In this document: one piece after another, positions 1-10,463 of the stretch
Layout: every line of letters starts with the position of its first letter
How positions within the stretch are numbered: the stretch's first letter is position 1
NCBI GenBank assembly: GCA_045863295.1
Contig: BTWA01000010.1
Location: 64,001-128,000, forward strand
Direction: 5' to 3'
Length of the DNA stretch: 64,000 nt
Source: Candidatus Hydrogenedentota bacterium
Lineage (GTDB): Bacteria > Hydrogenedentota > Hydrogenedentia > Hydrogenedentales > SLHB01
Notes under the pieces: model-generated
The model's input: the letters and a program-made list of their open reading frames with translations, nothing else
Told to the model about the DNA's origin: nothing
Database searches by the model: none
Program-made: the position numbers and the translations under genes

Positions 1-291
1 TGCCGCGAGGGACGTTTGCCGCACATGGGCGATGAAGAAGACTACAGGCAGTTGATGAGCGGCGCCGGATTTACCGGCATAGCTTTCGAAGACTTGAGCC
101 GCAACGTCAAAAAGACGTGGCCCATCATTGTGGGCCGAATGGCGCGCCGGTTGACCTGGGATCTGGCCGCCTGGAAATACCTGTTCAAAGGCCCCAATCG
201 GGAATTCGCGCGAACGGTGTTGCGTATCTGGGCCGCATACAACACAGGATCCATGCGCTACGGCCTGTTCACCGCGAGAAAGGCGCCGTAA
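1..291 (+). CDS. C-terminal part of a SAM-dependent methyltransferase (tocopherol/sterol MT-like), truncated by the window start
   Basis: Frame is open from base 1; 'DYRQLMSGAGF...EDLSRNVKKTW...RYGLFTARK' resembles C-termini of this class. Confidence 0.6.
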   Translation, partial: CREGRLPHMGDEEDYRQLMSGAGFTGIAFEDLSRNVKKTWPIIVGRMARRLTWDLAAWKYLFKGPNREFARTVLRIWAAYNTGSMRYGLFTARKAP

Positions 292-296
292 TCCAA

Positions 297-1385
297 CTAC
301 CTTTCGTTTGTCAGCATCGGCAGGATCTTCAAATTGGCCTTGGGAAATGCGAAATGCGCAAACTCATCCGGGCTCACCCACCGCGACTCAGTATGCCAGC
401 ATGGCGACGGTTGGCCTTTGGAAACGAAACATCGATACGCATTCACGGTCACGCGAAAATGGGAATAGGCATGACTCACGCACGCCACGAGCCGGCCCGG
501 ACGAAGCGTGACGCCAAGCAGATCGCGCCCCGTGCGGCGTAATGCGATCGAATGATTCTCGCCTGATACGACCTGATTCCCGGGAAATTCCCATAGGCCT
601 CCCAAGAGCCCGTTGGGCGGCCGTTTCGCGATGAAGTACTTCCCTTCCGAAACGATAACAGCGGCCACCATGTCGTAATGCGGTGGCGGTTTCTTCTCCC
701 GGCGCACCGGCCGTTCCAGTTGCACGCCGCGCGCTCGCGCCTTACAGTGGCTCGCAACAGGACAATCCCCGCACACAGGCGCGCGCGGTGTACACACGTT
801 CGACCCCAACTCCATCAACGCCTGATTGAAATCGCCGGGGTTGCGCACGGGCACCAAGTCCCCGGCAAGCCGCCAAAGAGTTTCGATGGTTCCCGATGAG
901 TCCGCCGGTGTATCGATGTCGTGTAGGCGGGTCAACACGCGGATCACGTTTCCGTCCACCACCGGGGTTCGCTCGCTGTAGGCAATGCTCGCAATGGCCC
1001 CGGCTGTGTACCGGCCAACACCAGGTATTTCCAGCCACTCCGCGGCACTGGAGGGAAACCGGCCATGGCGCTCATACGCAATGATCTTTGACGCCCTGTG
1101 CAGGTTGCGCGCGCGGGAGTAATAACCAAGGCCTTCCCACAATTTCAACACATCGTCTTCGCGGGCATCGGCAAGCGATTGTACCGTCGGAAACCGGGCA
1201 ATAAAGCGCTCGAAGTAGGGGGTGCCTTGCTCGATCCGGGTTTGTTGAAAGATGACTTCCGAAAGCCAAACCGAATAGGGATCCTTGGTGCCGCGCCAAG
1301 GCAGCGTACGGGCCTCACGCCGGTACCAGGCCAGCAACTTGCGCCTCAGTCCGGTCACATCGGCTTTCGGCAAAACGGGCTTCAT
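297..1385 (-). CDS. mutY: A/G-specific adenine glycosylase
   Basis: WLSEVIFQQT, WEGLGYYSRARNL, HhH PGVGRYTA, VDGNV, Fe-S motif C-x6-C-x2-C-x5-C, C-terminal NUDIX-like GLWEFPG. Confidence 0.97.
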   Translation of the reverse strand: MKPVLPKADVTGLRRKLLAWYRREARTLPWRGTKDPYSVWLSEVIFQQTRIEQGTPYFERFIARFPTVQSLADAREDDVLKLWEGLGYYSRARNLHRASKIIAYERHGRFPSSAAEWLEIPGVGRYTAGAIASIAYSERTPVVDGNVIRVLTRLHDIDTPADSSGTIETLWRLAGDLVPVRNPGDFNQALMELGSNVCTPRAPVCGDCPVASHCKARARGVQLERPVRREKKPPPHYDMVAAVIVSEGKYFIAKRPPNGLLGGLWEFPGNQVVSGENHSIALRRTGRDLLGVTLRPGRLVACVSHAYSHFRVTVNAYRCFVSKGQPSPCWHTESRWVSPDEFAHFAFPKANLKILPMLTNER

Positions 1386-1402
1386 GGCGGCGCCGGCAAC
1401 GT

Positions 1403-2479
1403 CTACAGGCGGCCCAAATAGCTGCGCACTTCGTTCAGCACATCAGCGCGATCGACCCACGGCTTGAAGACCACGCGCATCTCCAGCGTATATTCCTTGC
1501 CCACTTCATAATCCGGGATAACCATCTGGAAATCCCAAGCCGGGTTCGTGTCGTCCCCATCCTTCGTCTTGCCGCCGCCGGAAGGCGAATGGGAAAAACG
1601 AAGGTAAGGATTTGGCTTGAAAATGTAAATGAGCACCATGTCGCGCCAACGGCCGTAGTAAAACGGCTCGGTGTACCGAAGCGGCGAGAGGCTGTTGAAC
1701 AACGTATCGCCCTCGGGCGGATACGGCAGTTCCGCCGTCTCTTCTTTGGAAAGAACGCTGCTCGCGTGCCCATGCTTCTGCGTGCAGTATTGCGCCCAGA
1801 TGGGCGTATCCAACGAACCGTCGCCTAGAAAATAAATGCTCTTATCCAGCGGCGCGTTAATGTACGAAGCCCAGAACACGCCCATGTACCCTTCAAATAT
1901 GCCGCGCTTGGGTACGCACCGGTACGTTACATCGATATAATTCGGCTCTTTCACTTCAAAACGTGTCCAGCTTTCCACCCCATAAACAGGCGTTTCCGGC
2001 TGGTACAGTTCCGCGGTCGTTTCGTTCACCTTGGCAAACGTCATCGGTGAAAAACGAGGCTCGAAAAATACCTTGCGGTCTTCCGATCGAGGCCGTGAAT
2101 CAAAGTAATGCTCCAGATTCACACCCGCATAGAACGGCACATAGAGGTTCTCGTCCTTGCCCGGAACCGCCAAGTGAAACACGCCGTTATATCCAGCATT
2201 GTGCTCGCCCGTCGCACCATTGCCGCCAATGATGCACTGCAATTGCGACACACCAAACGATGCAAAATCCGCCGGTCCCTCCGGCACGGGCGCAGCGGCC
2301 GCCGGGTCGGGTGGGGGAGCCGCTTCCGGAGCCGGCGCCGGCTCCACCGGAGCCGCCGGCGTTTCGGCGGCAGGCGGCGCAGCCTCAGGGGCGGGCGCGG
2401 GTTGATCCTGCGCCATCGCGTCGATCTGTGCGCACGATACCAAAGCCGCGATAACGGCCAACCGCCGCATGTGTCGCAT
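1403..2479 (-). CDS. Secreted hypothetical protein with Pro/Ala linker and beta-rich (mutarotase-like) domain
   Basis: Signal peptide ending AMA-Q, repeated APAPEAAPP linker, aromatic-rich beta domain; GGAG RBS before ATG 2479. Confidence 0.6.
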   Translation of the reverse strand: MRHMRRLAVIAALVSCAQIDAMAQDQPAPAPEAAPPAAETPAAPVEPAPAPEAAPPPDPAAAAPVPEGPADFASFGVSQLQCIIGGNGATGEHNAGYNGVFHLAVPGKDENLYVPFYAGVNLEHYFDSRPRSEDRKVFFEPRFSPMTFAKVNETTAELYQPETPVYGVESWTRFEVKEPNYIDVTYRCVPKRGIFEGYMGVFWASYINAPLDKSIYFLGDGSLDTPIWAQYCTQKHGHASSVLSKEETAELPYPPEGDTLFNSLSPLRYTEPFYYGRWRDMVLIYIFKPNPYLRFSHSPSGGGKTKDGDDTNPAWDFQMVIPDYEVGKEYTLEMRVVFKPWVDRADVLNEVRSYLGRL

Positions 2480-2514
2480 GACTGTATTCTCCAATTGAAT
2501 CCGGATGGCCAGAG

Positions 2515-3783
2515 TTAGTTAAGAGGTTTGATCCGGATATTCCGGAAGAACACAGGGTGACTGTGATCCGTGAGCCCGATGAAACCGTCGCGAAGCCGGG
2601 GCTTCAAGTTGTCATCCGAATCAAAGCTTGTATCCTGAACCACCTGACCGTTCAGCGTGGCCTTATATTCAGCGCCTTTCAGGTAGATCTCAACAAAGTT
2701 CCATTCGCCGTTCGGTTTCACCGCATTGACCATGGGAGGAAACGCATCGTAAATGGAACCCGTGCCCGTCTTGTTGGGCGCTTCGCCATAATCGCCCATC
2801 ATCTGGAATTCAAAGCCAATTTTCGAGTTGCGCGCGGCGCGCGGTGCGCGAATGTGAATGCCGCTGTTTCCACCCTCGGGCATGTTGTACTCGAATCGCA
2901 ATATGAAGTCGCTATACCGCTTCACCGTACGCAACAGCTTACCGCCCTGCCGCACCCAGCAAATGGTGCCGTCCTTCACACGCCAGCACTCCTGATCGCC
3001 CGCGATGATCCATCCGTCAAGATCCCGGCCATTGAACAACGCGATGAACCCCTCGGCACGCTCTTGTTCTGTCAATACAGAGTTGTCCGGAGTCCACGGG
3101 TCCAATTCCTTGGGATGTGTCGAAACCGTTTCAAACGCCTCGTACGACGAATCCTCCGCGGGCATCAGGCAGTGCCCAGTTTCCGGCACCGCGCCGTACA
3201 ACAATACAGGGCCTTTCGCCGTCATGGTGGGTTCGAATACGACTTTCACGTGCGGCTTGCCCTCCGATCCCAAAACCACCAACCTTGGAGCATTTCTCTT
3301 GAATCGCCGGATCAGATCCGAAGCGTTGTCACCGTCAATTACGTACACGCATTTCTCACGTCCCCGCAACGCCTTTGCGGCAGTCACCGCGGCCGTGCGC
3401 CGGCCGGCCCTGTCAGTCGGTGCGTCGGGCCCAAGCACGCGGACAATCGCAGTCATCCCGCGATAGTTCATAAGTGCGACGATCTCATCCAGCAATTTCA
3501 GCTTTGCGCCACTCAATGTCTTGCCACCGTCGCCGAATCCAACCAGGTCAAAACAAACGGTGGTACCACCCACGCGCGCCACCTGGTTCATGCGCGATTC
3601 CTGGTCGACAATCGACATCCCATCGTAAATCATGTCGGGTGTGGCTATGCCGCGCAACGTATAGGGCGAACGGTCCTGCTTGAGAATACCGTCCTCCATG
3701 GAAAACTCGTCTTCCGTTCGCGCAACGGGTGCGACAAGTACCAATGCCAGCACCCAGACCAATCCCCGAATTGCTATTTTCAC
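2515..3783 (-). CDS. Secreted DUF1080 (3-keto-disaccharide hydrolase-like) domain protein with extra N-terminal domain
   Basis: LFNGRDLDGW, GNSGI, EFQ, GEWN, GFIGLTDH, FRNIRIK motifs; GTG start at 3783 with GGAG RBS and signal peptide. Confidence 0.85.
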   Translation of the reverse strand: MKIAIRGLVWVLALVLVAPVARTEDEFSMEDGILKQDRSPYTLRGIATPDMIYDGMSIVDQESRMNQVARVGGTTVCFDLVGFGDGGKTLSGAKLKLLDEIVALMNYRGMTAIVRVLGPDAPTDRAGRRTAAVTAAKALRGREKCVYVIDGDNASDLIRRFKRNAPRLVVLGSEGKPHVKVVFEPTMTAKGPVLLYGAVPETGHCLMPAEDSSYEAFETVSTHPKELDPWTPDNSVLTEQERAEGFIALFNGRDLDGWIIAGDQECWRVKDGTICWVRQGGKLLRTVKRYSDFILRFEYNMPEGGNSGIHIRAPRAARNSKIGFEFQMMGDYGEAPNKTGTGSIYDAFPPMVNAVKPNGEWNFVEIYLKGAEYKATLNGQVVQDTSFDSDDNLKPRLRDGFIGLTDHSHPVFFRNIRIKPLN

Positions 3784-3947
3784 CGAAGTTCTCCCGATAC
3801 CACGCGCCTTTCGGCCCCAAGGACACATTACGGCACTCTAGCAGATTTCGCCTCGCTCCAGCCACCACCAGGCCGATCCGCACTTTGAACCAACCACACG
3901 CCTGACGTATCATTCCCGTGTTTGGTGCAACCAGTTTGGAAACAGCC

Positions 3948-5513
3948 ATGAAACGCCTTCTTGCCGTATTGCTCCTCCTCCTCCCGAGCCTCGTCCAGGC
4001 TCAAGAAACGCCCCCGGCCACCCCCGAACCCATCGTCGGCCCAGGCGAGTTTCAGCAAACCATGGACGCGCTCGATGCCTTCCTCGATGGCAACGCCCAG
4101 GCACTCGCCGAAACGCCCGGTGAAACGGTAGTCCTGTCCGCCCGCGACTGTGTGAGCATGGCCGTAGCGCACAATCCAAAAGCCGCGTCCGCGCAAGCGG
4201 ATCGCGAAGCGGCGGAGGCACGAATCGGCCAAGCCAATGCCATGCGCAAGCCTCAGCTGAAAGGCTCCATGACCTTTACCCACACTGAGCTGAACCAGCC
4301 CGATTTCAACCAATTGGTCGGGGGCATGGGCGGCCTCGGCGGAAGTTTTATGCAGGGCGGGCCGTTTCCCGGCGGGGGCTTGGCGCCTTGGAACCGGGTC
4401 GCCGCCTTCACCCAGCAACTGTTGACCAGCCAACTATCTGGCGGTATCAATTTTGCCCCCAAGGACGACTTTCGCACCGACAAAATCACCCTTACCCAGG
4501 TTTTTTATGCCGGCGGACGAATCAGTGCCGCGGTCAAAGCCTCCAAGTTCCTCGCCGAATCCCAGGCATGGCAGGAACAAGCCGCGTTGTCGCAATTGGA
4601 GTACGAAGCGAAGCGAGCCTTTTATGACGTGGTGGCCGCAGCCTCCCTGGTACGGGTGGCGCGTAACAGCGTTGCTTCCTACGAACGCAACGTACGTGAC
4701 ACGGGCCTCATGTTGCAGGAAGGAGCCATCAGTCCATTCGAAGACCTCCGGTCGAGAACTGAACTGGGCATCCGGCAGAGCAATTTGGTGGAAGCGGAAA
4801 ACGCCCACTTGCTCGCGCAAGCCAACCTGAAACGGGTAGTCGGCCTGCCTCAGGATTCACAGGTAGAACCCCGATTGGAACTGGATTGGTCTCCCGCCTT
4901 TCCATCCGTGACCGAATTGACACAAGAGGCCTTGGCTAACCGTCCAGAAATTCTCGCCCTCCAGAAGGGCGTCGAAGCTGCGGAACAGGAAGTGCGCCGC
5001 GCCAAAGGACAATTCAAGCCCCAGGTGGCCGGTTCCGTCCAATACCAAAACGTGGACGGCGGCGGGTACGCCCAGCCCGACGGCCTCACGTTCTCGGTTG
5101 GCGCGGAACTCGACATATACGCCGGCGGCCGGCGCAAGCACGAAGTGCTCGAAAAGCAGGCGCAACTCCGTAGCGTTCAAGCGGAACTCCAAAGCGTCGA
5201 AGATGCATCCAAGTTGAATGTGAACCAGGCGGTCATTCAGGTGCGCGACGCAATCGCGCGCTACAAGTCCGACAAGGCCAACGTCACCCTGGCTACCGAA
5301 GGATTGCGCCTCGCCCAATTGCGCTACACGGAAGGCGTGGGCACCCAGGCCGAAACCTTGGATGCGGAATTGGCCCTCACCGCCGCGGAGAATGCACTGG
5401 TGCTTTCACTGCGTGATTACGCCGTCGCGAACGCCGAACTGGATCGCGCGACGGGACGCCGCTGGATCAAGGACGGCGAAGCGCCCGAATCGGAAAACTC
5501 CGCCGAGGAATGA
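3948..5513 (+). CDS. TolC-family outer-membrane efflux protein
   Basis: Signal peptide; two OEP repeats (A..NP, AL.NRPEI, FYAGGR/IYAGGR, RY.EG.GT). Confidence 0.9.
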   Translation: MKRLLAVLLLLLPSLVQAQETPPATPEPIVGPGEFQQTMDALDAFLDGNAQALAETPGETVVLSARDCVSMAVAHNPKAASAQADREAAEARIGQANAMRKPQLKGSMTFTHTELNQPDFNQLVGGMGGLGGSFMQGGPFPGGGLAPWNRVAAFTQQLLTSQLSGGINFAPKDDFRTDKITLTQVFYAGGRISAAVKASKFLAESQAWQEQAALSQLEYEAKRAFYDVVAAASLVRVARNSVASYERNVRDTGLMLQEGAISPFEDLRSRTELGIRQSNLVEAENAHLLAQANLKRVVGLPQDSQVEPRLELDWSPAFPSVTELTQEALANRPEILALQKGVEAAEQEVRRAKGQFKPQVAGSVQYQNVDGGGYAQPDGLTFSVGAELDIYAGGRRKHEVLEKQAQLRSVQAELQSVEDASKLNVNQAVIQVRDAIARYKSDKANVTLATEGLRLAQLRYTEGVGTQAETLDAELALTAAENALVLSLRDYAVANAELDRATGRRWIKDGEAPESENSAEE

Positions 5514-5634
5514 TCGACTTTGGCGGGTTTCGCTGGGTGAATAGGGTCTCGAAGGCGATTTCACCGGTTTTATAAAGCACAATGCGCTCAGCACCATAGC
5601 CGCCATGGCCATGAAGCGAGTGACAATCCGGCAT

Positions 5635-6228
5635 CTATGCGCCTCCGGTCACCGGCCCGCCAGGAGCATGCCGCGGCGCATTTTTGGAGATCAATTCCAG
5701 CAGGATGGCCTCAATTTCGCGGGGATTGGGTAGATTCATAAGGCCCCATTCTTCCGCATGAAAATCGCCCTGATCATCGTAGCCTTCCTGATACCGGATC
5801 ACGATATCGCCCATGCCATTTCGCCGTTCGCGTCGCCGCATCTGGCTAAGCTCACTAGGCTTAAACGCGGTAAGGGAAAATCCCCATGCGGAATTCACAA
5901 TAAGAACGCGCTGATTCGTGACAACGTAGTGCGTGTGTGTGGCGTCGCGATAAGCCCACAACGGACCCCCAGCCATCAGTCCGATACCAATCGCGAGGAA
6001 TGGACCAGTAAGTAAAGACAGCAATCCCGAATCGAAATAGCGCGTCACATCGTAAAAGAAGAAAGCAATAAAGCCGATCCACGCCGCGCCAAACACCATG
6101 GCGCCCACCGCCCTGCCTGTAAAAAAACGGGGCACAGGCTGGCCCATCCACGCAATATGCTCTCCGGGCAACAATTGCCGTTCGATCATATCGCGCAATC
6201 GGGTATTCATATTGGACAAGAACACCAT
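5635..6228 (-). CDS. Membrane protein with bacterial PH domain
   Basis: L.PGE.I.W.GQP, two TM helices, Y.VTNQRV, GDI motif. Confidence 0.75.
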   Translation of the reverse strand: MVFLSNMNTRLRDMIERQLLPGEHIAWMGQPVPRFFTGRAVGAMVFGAAWIGFIAFFFYDVTRYFDSGLLSLLTGPFLAIGIGLMAGGPLWAYRDATHTHYVVTNQRVLIVNSAWGFSLTAFKPSELSQMRRRERRNGMGDIVIRYQEGYDDQGDFHAEEWGLMNLPNPREIEAILLELISKNAPRHAPGGPVTGGA

Positions 6229-6310
6229 GAACTGTAGTCCTTTAAAAAGGCTACCTGCCCAGACATTGAAGCGCGCTTCATCTGAATGAAGCAGTGCATT
6301 ACACGCAATT

Positions 6311-8371
6311 CTATTCTACGATGGCATGCAACGTTCGTGTCGTCGAAATCTTCTTCTTATCGATGATGGTCAGCGTGATGGGATACCGTCCAGGCGAAGA
6401 AAAAGCCTTTTCTACTCGAAACTCTTTCGACTTCTGGCCATCCCCAAACTGCCACTCCACTTTGTCGATCGTATACGTGGGGTCATACGCGACGCCGAGT
6501 CCCGCCTCATAAGGCGGCTCCAACGATACCGGAAGCCGTCCCACCGGGCTTCGTATTACGTCCAGCACACTGTACAGCTCCACCTTGCCGACGGTGGTCT
6601 TGACTTCAGTCACCACGGGCATGATGCCCAAGGGCCCCTGACCCACCAGCACATCCGCCACGGCCTTCATGCTTTCCGAATGGGAACCGGGCAATCCATA
6701 CGTAAGAATAATCGCGTCGGCCTCCGACAACTTCGGCAAATTGGACGGATAACCCAACAACACGATGACTACGTGAAGGCCCTTTTCCTTCATGGCACGA
6801 ATCAGACGAAGCTGGCTCTGAATTCGAATATCGTTGGACAGCGTCAAGACCACCGTCTTGATTCCACCGATATGCTTGGTCAGGCGCTCTATCTCGAAGT
6901 CATAGATTTCGTCGCTGTACTTCGCGGTCGATATCTCCTGCTGGGGTACCGCCTTGAAATACTCCTCCAAGGCCACCTGCAACTCTTCGACACCCACAAT
7001 GCCCGTCACGCCCACGGGCAAGTTGCCCGCATGCGTCAACGGCAACAAATTGTTCCGGTTCTGAACCACCGTCACCGCGCGGCGCTCCATCTCATATACT
7101 TCCCGCGGATACTCCTTCTTCTTCGTGAGTTTCTCTGCCTCCTTGACGATCGGACGCGGCCGTTCCAGCAGATTCTGCGACTTCTTCACCTCCAGCACGC
7201 GGAGCAACGCAGCGTCAATGGTGTCCTGACTAATCCGGCCTTCTTCCACCGCTTTCACTATATCCTCAATGGTCTTCATCACCCGCACGCCGCTTCGGTT
7301 CCAGAACAGCATGTCCGCGCCGGCATTCAACGACTCCACCGCCGCCACGCTCGGATCGTACTTCATCGTGATATCCGATCCATCCATCGGCCCCGCAACC
7401 ACGATGCCCTCGTATTTCAACTCCCCGCGAAGCAGATCGCGTATCACCGCCGGAGACACAGAAGCGAGTTTGTTGTCGCGATCGATGGTCGGCACCAGCG
7501 TATTGCCCACGTGTATCATCGTCGCGCCGTTTGCAATCGCCTGTACGTACGGATGCAAGTCTCGCTCCAGCAACGCGTCGCGAGGGGTCACCAACACCCC
7601 CGGTTCGTTGCCGCGCCGGTTCTGGCCCCCACCCGGAAATCCGGGCACAACACAGACTACGCCCTTTTCCTTCAACGCATTGAAAATGGCCATCCCGCTC
7701 TGGGCCACGAATACCGGATCAGACCCGAGCGATTGGACATTGCCCTCAGCCTCCGGAATGGTCGAAGAGAGTTCCAGCGAAGGCCCCCAATGCATGTTAA
7801 ATCCAAGAATATTCAGGTGATTGGCCAGAAATGCCCCGAACCGCAGCGTCACATCGGAATCGCCCGCCGCCGCAATGGCCATCAACGACGGAAGCGGCAC
7901 AAAGAAACGCCGCGTTATCATGTCGTTCTTTCTCGGCAGTGAATACAGATCCGTCCCAATAAACATGGGAATCCGGTTCACCTGCTCGCCAGGAAGGGAA
8001 CGCAAATTGGTCACATACTCCGCAACCGTCCCCGGCTGCAACACCGCGCCAAGAATCACGCCCCCGGGCGAGTAGTTCTTCAATACGGCTCGATCGTCCG
8101 AATCCGGCGCCTGAACCCCCTGAAGGCTGATAATCATCAGTTGCGCAATGCGCTGGCGCAGATCGAGCGCCTGAATCGCCGTCTCAGGTGTGAATTCAAC
8201 GGGCGCTTCCGCTTCCGGCGTTTCGGTATCCGCGCCTTCCCCTGAGTCCGCAGGCAACGGCAAGTCCGACTCCTTTGGCGACTCGCCTCGAAATATGCCT
8301 TGTGCGTGAGCAGTCGTTACACACGACCACGCGGCAACAGTCGCCAACACAACAAGGAAGAATGGCTTCAT
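6311..8371 (-). CDS. Secreted GH3 (NagZ-like) fold protein with C-terminal PKD domain; catalytic motifs degenerate
   Basis: GH3 scaffold motifs (IAQL, PGGVIL, GSDP, LLRGELKYEG, NAGADM, VQNRNNLLPL); PKD WQFGDG...PGRYPITLT. Confidence 0.8.
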   Translation of the reverse strand: MKPFFLVVLATVAAWSCVTTAHAQGIFRGESPKESDLPLPADSGEGADTETPEAEAPVEFTPETAIQALDLRQRIAQLMIISLQGVQAPDSDDRAVLKNYSPGGVILGAVLQPGTVAEYVTNLRSLPGEQVNRIPMFIGTDLYSLPRKNDMITRRFFVPLPSLMAIAAAGDSDVTLRFGAFLANHLNILGFNMHWGPSLELSSTIPEAEGNVQSLGSDPVFVAQSGMAIFNALKEKGVVCVVPGFPGGGQNRRGNEPGVLVTPRDALLERDLHPYVQAIANGATMIHVGNTLVPTIDRDNKLASVSPAVIRDLLRGELKYEGIVVAGPMDGSDITMKYDPSVAAVESLNAGADMLFWNRSGVRVMKTIEDIVKAVEEGRISQDTIDAALLRVLEVKKSQNLLERPRPIVKEAEKLTKKKEYPREVYEMERRAVTVVQNRNNLLPLTHAGNLPVGVTGIVGVEELQVALEEYFKAVPQQEISTAKYSDEIYDFEIERLTKHIGGIKTVVLTLSNDIRIQSQLRLIRAMKEKGLHVVIVLLGYPSNLPKLSEADAIILTYGLPGSHSESMKAVADVLVGQGPLGIMPVVTEVKTTVGKVELYSVLDVIRSPVGRLPVSLEPPYEAGLGVAYDPTYTIDKVEWQFGDGQKSKEFRVEKAFSSPGRYPITLTIIDKKKISTTRTLHAIVE

Positions 8372-8456
8372 AACATCCTCAAATCATGCCATGTGCATGA
8401 GCGAACATGGACACGGTTCCCGAACACCCTAAACCAAGTTCCATCGCCGGCGCCAC

Positions 8457-10463
8457 CTAATATGGCATCTCAATTTGCCGCTGTTCCAACGTCTTGATCC
8501 GATCCCGGAATACGGCAGCCTTCTCGAATTCCATGTTGCGGGCCGCTTCCTGCATCTGCTTCTTCAAATCCCGTATGGTCTTGGCCAGACTGCCCGAAGA
8601 TACGTACAAATCGGCTTCCTCCGCCGCTTTGGGCACGGTCACATAGTCGCGCTCGTAGATGCTGTTCATCACGGAATCCATGGACTTCTGCACCGTTCGC
8701 GGCGAGATGCCGTGCTTCTTATTGTACGCCTCCTGCTTCTTGCGGCGGCGCTTCATCTCGCTCAAGGCGCGCTCCATCGAACCCGTCACGGTGTCAGCGT
8801 ACATGATGACGCGCCCGTGAACGTTGCGAGCCGCCCTCCCGCACGTTTGAATCAGACTCGTCTCGGAACGTAGATATCCCTCCTTGTCCGCATCAAGTAT
8901 CGCGACCAGCGACACTTCCGGGATATCCAGACCCTCGCGCAACAAATTAATCCCTATCAACACGTCGTACTCGCCCGCACGCAGTGATCGTATCAACTCA
9001 ATGCGCTCCAGCGTCTCCACGTCGGAATGCATGTAGCGGACGCGCACGTTCAAATCCTTGAAATACTCCGTCAGGTCCTCGGCCATGCGCTTGGTGAGCG
9101 TAGTCACCAGCACCCGCTCGCCGCGCGCGGCAATTCTGCGCACCTCGTCAAGCAGGTCGTCCACCTGATTGGTCGCGGGCCGCACTTCCACCTCGGGATC
9201 GATAAGCCCCGTCGGCCGAACGACCTGTTCGACAATCAGACCCTCGCTCTTCTTCAATTCGTACGCGCCCGGTGTCGCGCTCACGAATATCGTCTGTCCC
9301 GCCCGCTTCTCGAACTCTTCAAACTTCAAAGGACGGTTGTCTTTGGCGCATGGAAGCCGGAACCCGTATTCCACAAGCTTGTCTTTGCGCGATCGATCCC
9401 CTTTATACATGGCCCCAATTTGCGGCACCGTCACGTGACATTCGTCGATTATGAGCAGGTAATCGTCCGGGAAATAGTCGATCAAGGTGAACGGAGGCAC
9501 ACCGGGCATACGGCCCTCGAGGTGACGGGAATAATTCTCAATCCCAGAACAGAAGCCAACCTCTTTCAGCATTTCGATGTCGTATCGCGTCCGTTGGCTC
9601 AGGCGCTGGGATTCCAAAATGCGGTTCTCGTGCTCCAGTTCCTTGACGCGCTCCACCAATTCGAACCCGATGCCTTCCACAGCGCGATCCAGAGCCTCCC
9701 GCGTCGTGGCGTAGTGAGACCCCGGAAATATCGATACGCGCCGCAACTTGCGCTTCACGATCCCGCGCAACGGGTCAATCTCGTAAATCGTCTCTACCTC
9801 GTCGCCAAAATACTCCACTCGAATCGCAATATCCGCCTCGTATGACGGAAAAACATCGACCGTGTCGCCCCGCACCCGAAATGTGCCCCGGTAAAAATCC
9901 ACGTCATTGCGCGCGTACTGCATTGCAATGAGTCCGGCAATCAGGTTCTCGCGCGAATACTCGACGCCGGGCTCCAACTCCACCCGCAATCCCTTGTAGG
10001 TTTCCGGAGATCCGATGCCGTAAATGCAGGAAACGCTCGCCACGATGATCACATCCCGCCGCGTAAGCAGCGACTTCGTGGCGGAATGACGCATCTTGTC
10101 GATTTCGTCATTGATCGACGACTCCTTCTCAATGTACGTGTCGGTGGTGGGAACGTAGGCCTCGGGCTGGTAGTAATCGTAATAGCTCACAAAGTACTCA
10201 ACCGCATTTTCAGGGAAGAGTCCCTTGAATTCCATGAAGAGCTGCGCCGCTAAAATCTTGTTGGGCGCAATGACTAGCGCGGGCCGGTTCACATCCTGGA
10301 TCACGTTCGCAATCGTAAACGTCTTGCCCGATCCGGTTACGCCAAGAAGCACTTGGTGGGCAAGGCCTTCCTTGAGTCCCAGCACCAGTTCGCGAATGGC
10401 CGCGGGTTGATCGCCGGAAGGCGTGAAATCGGTAACGAGCTTAAAGCGATCCGCTTCCATCAA
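8457..10463 (-). CDS. uvrB: Excinuclease ABC subunit B
   Basis: [29 protein letters not shown]-terminal UVR domain. Confidence 0.99.
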   Translation of the reverse strand: MMEADRFKLVTDFTPSGDQPAAIRELVLGLKEGLAHQVLLGVTGSGKTFTIANVIQDVNRPALVIAPNKILAAQLFMEFKGLFPENAVEYFVSYYDYYQPEAYVPTTDTYIEKESSINDEIDKMRHSATKSLLTRRDVIIVASVSCIYGIGSPETYKGLRVELEPGVEYSRENLIAGLIAMQYARNDVDFYRGTFRVRGDTVDVFPSYEADIAIRVEYFGDEVETIYEIDPLRGIVKRKLRRVSIFPGSHYATTREALDRAVEGIGFELVERVKELEHENRILESQRLSQRTRYDIEMLKEVGFCSGIENYSRHLEGRMPGVPPFTLIDYFPDDYLLIIDECHVTVPQIGAMYKGDRSRKDKLVEYGFRLPCAKDNRPLKFEEFEKRAGQTIFVSATPGAYELKKSEGLIVEQVVRPTGLIDPEVEVRPATNQVDDLLDEVRRIAARGERVLVTTLTKRMAEDLTEYFKDLNVRVRYMHSDVETLERIELIRSLRAGEYDVLIGINLLREGLDIPEVSLVAILDADKEGYLRSETSLIQTCGRAARNVHGRVIMYADTVTGSMERALSEMKRRRKKQEAYNKKHGISPRTVQKSMDSVMNSIYERDYVTVPKAAEEADLYVSSGSLAKTIRDLKKQMQEAARNMEFEKAAVFRDRIKTLEQRQIEMPY

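Noticed and set aside
6326..7942. Long antisense ORFs (also 2557-3888, 10811-12454, 22042-23292, 35635-37083, 47388-48458)
   Set aside because: Shadows of well-supported genes on the other strand in GC-rich DNA, with no recognisable motifs
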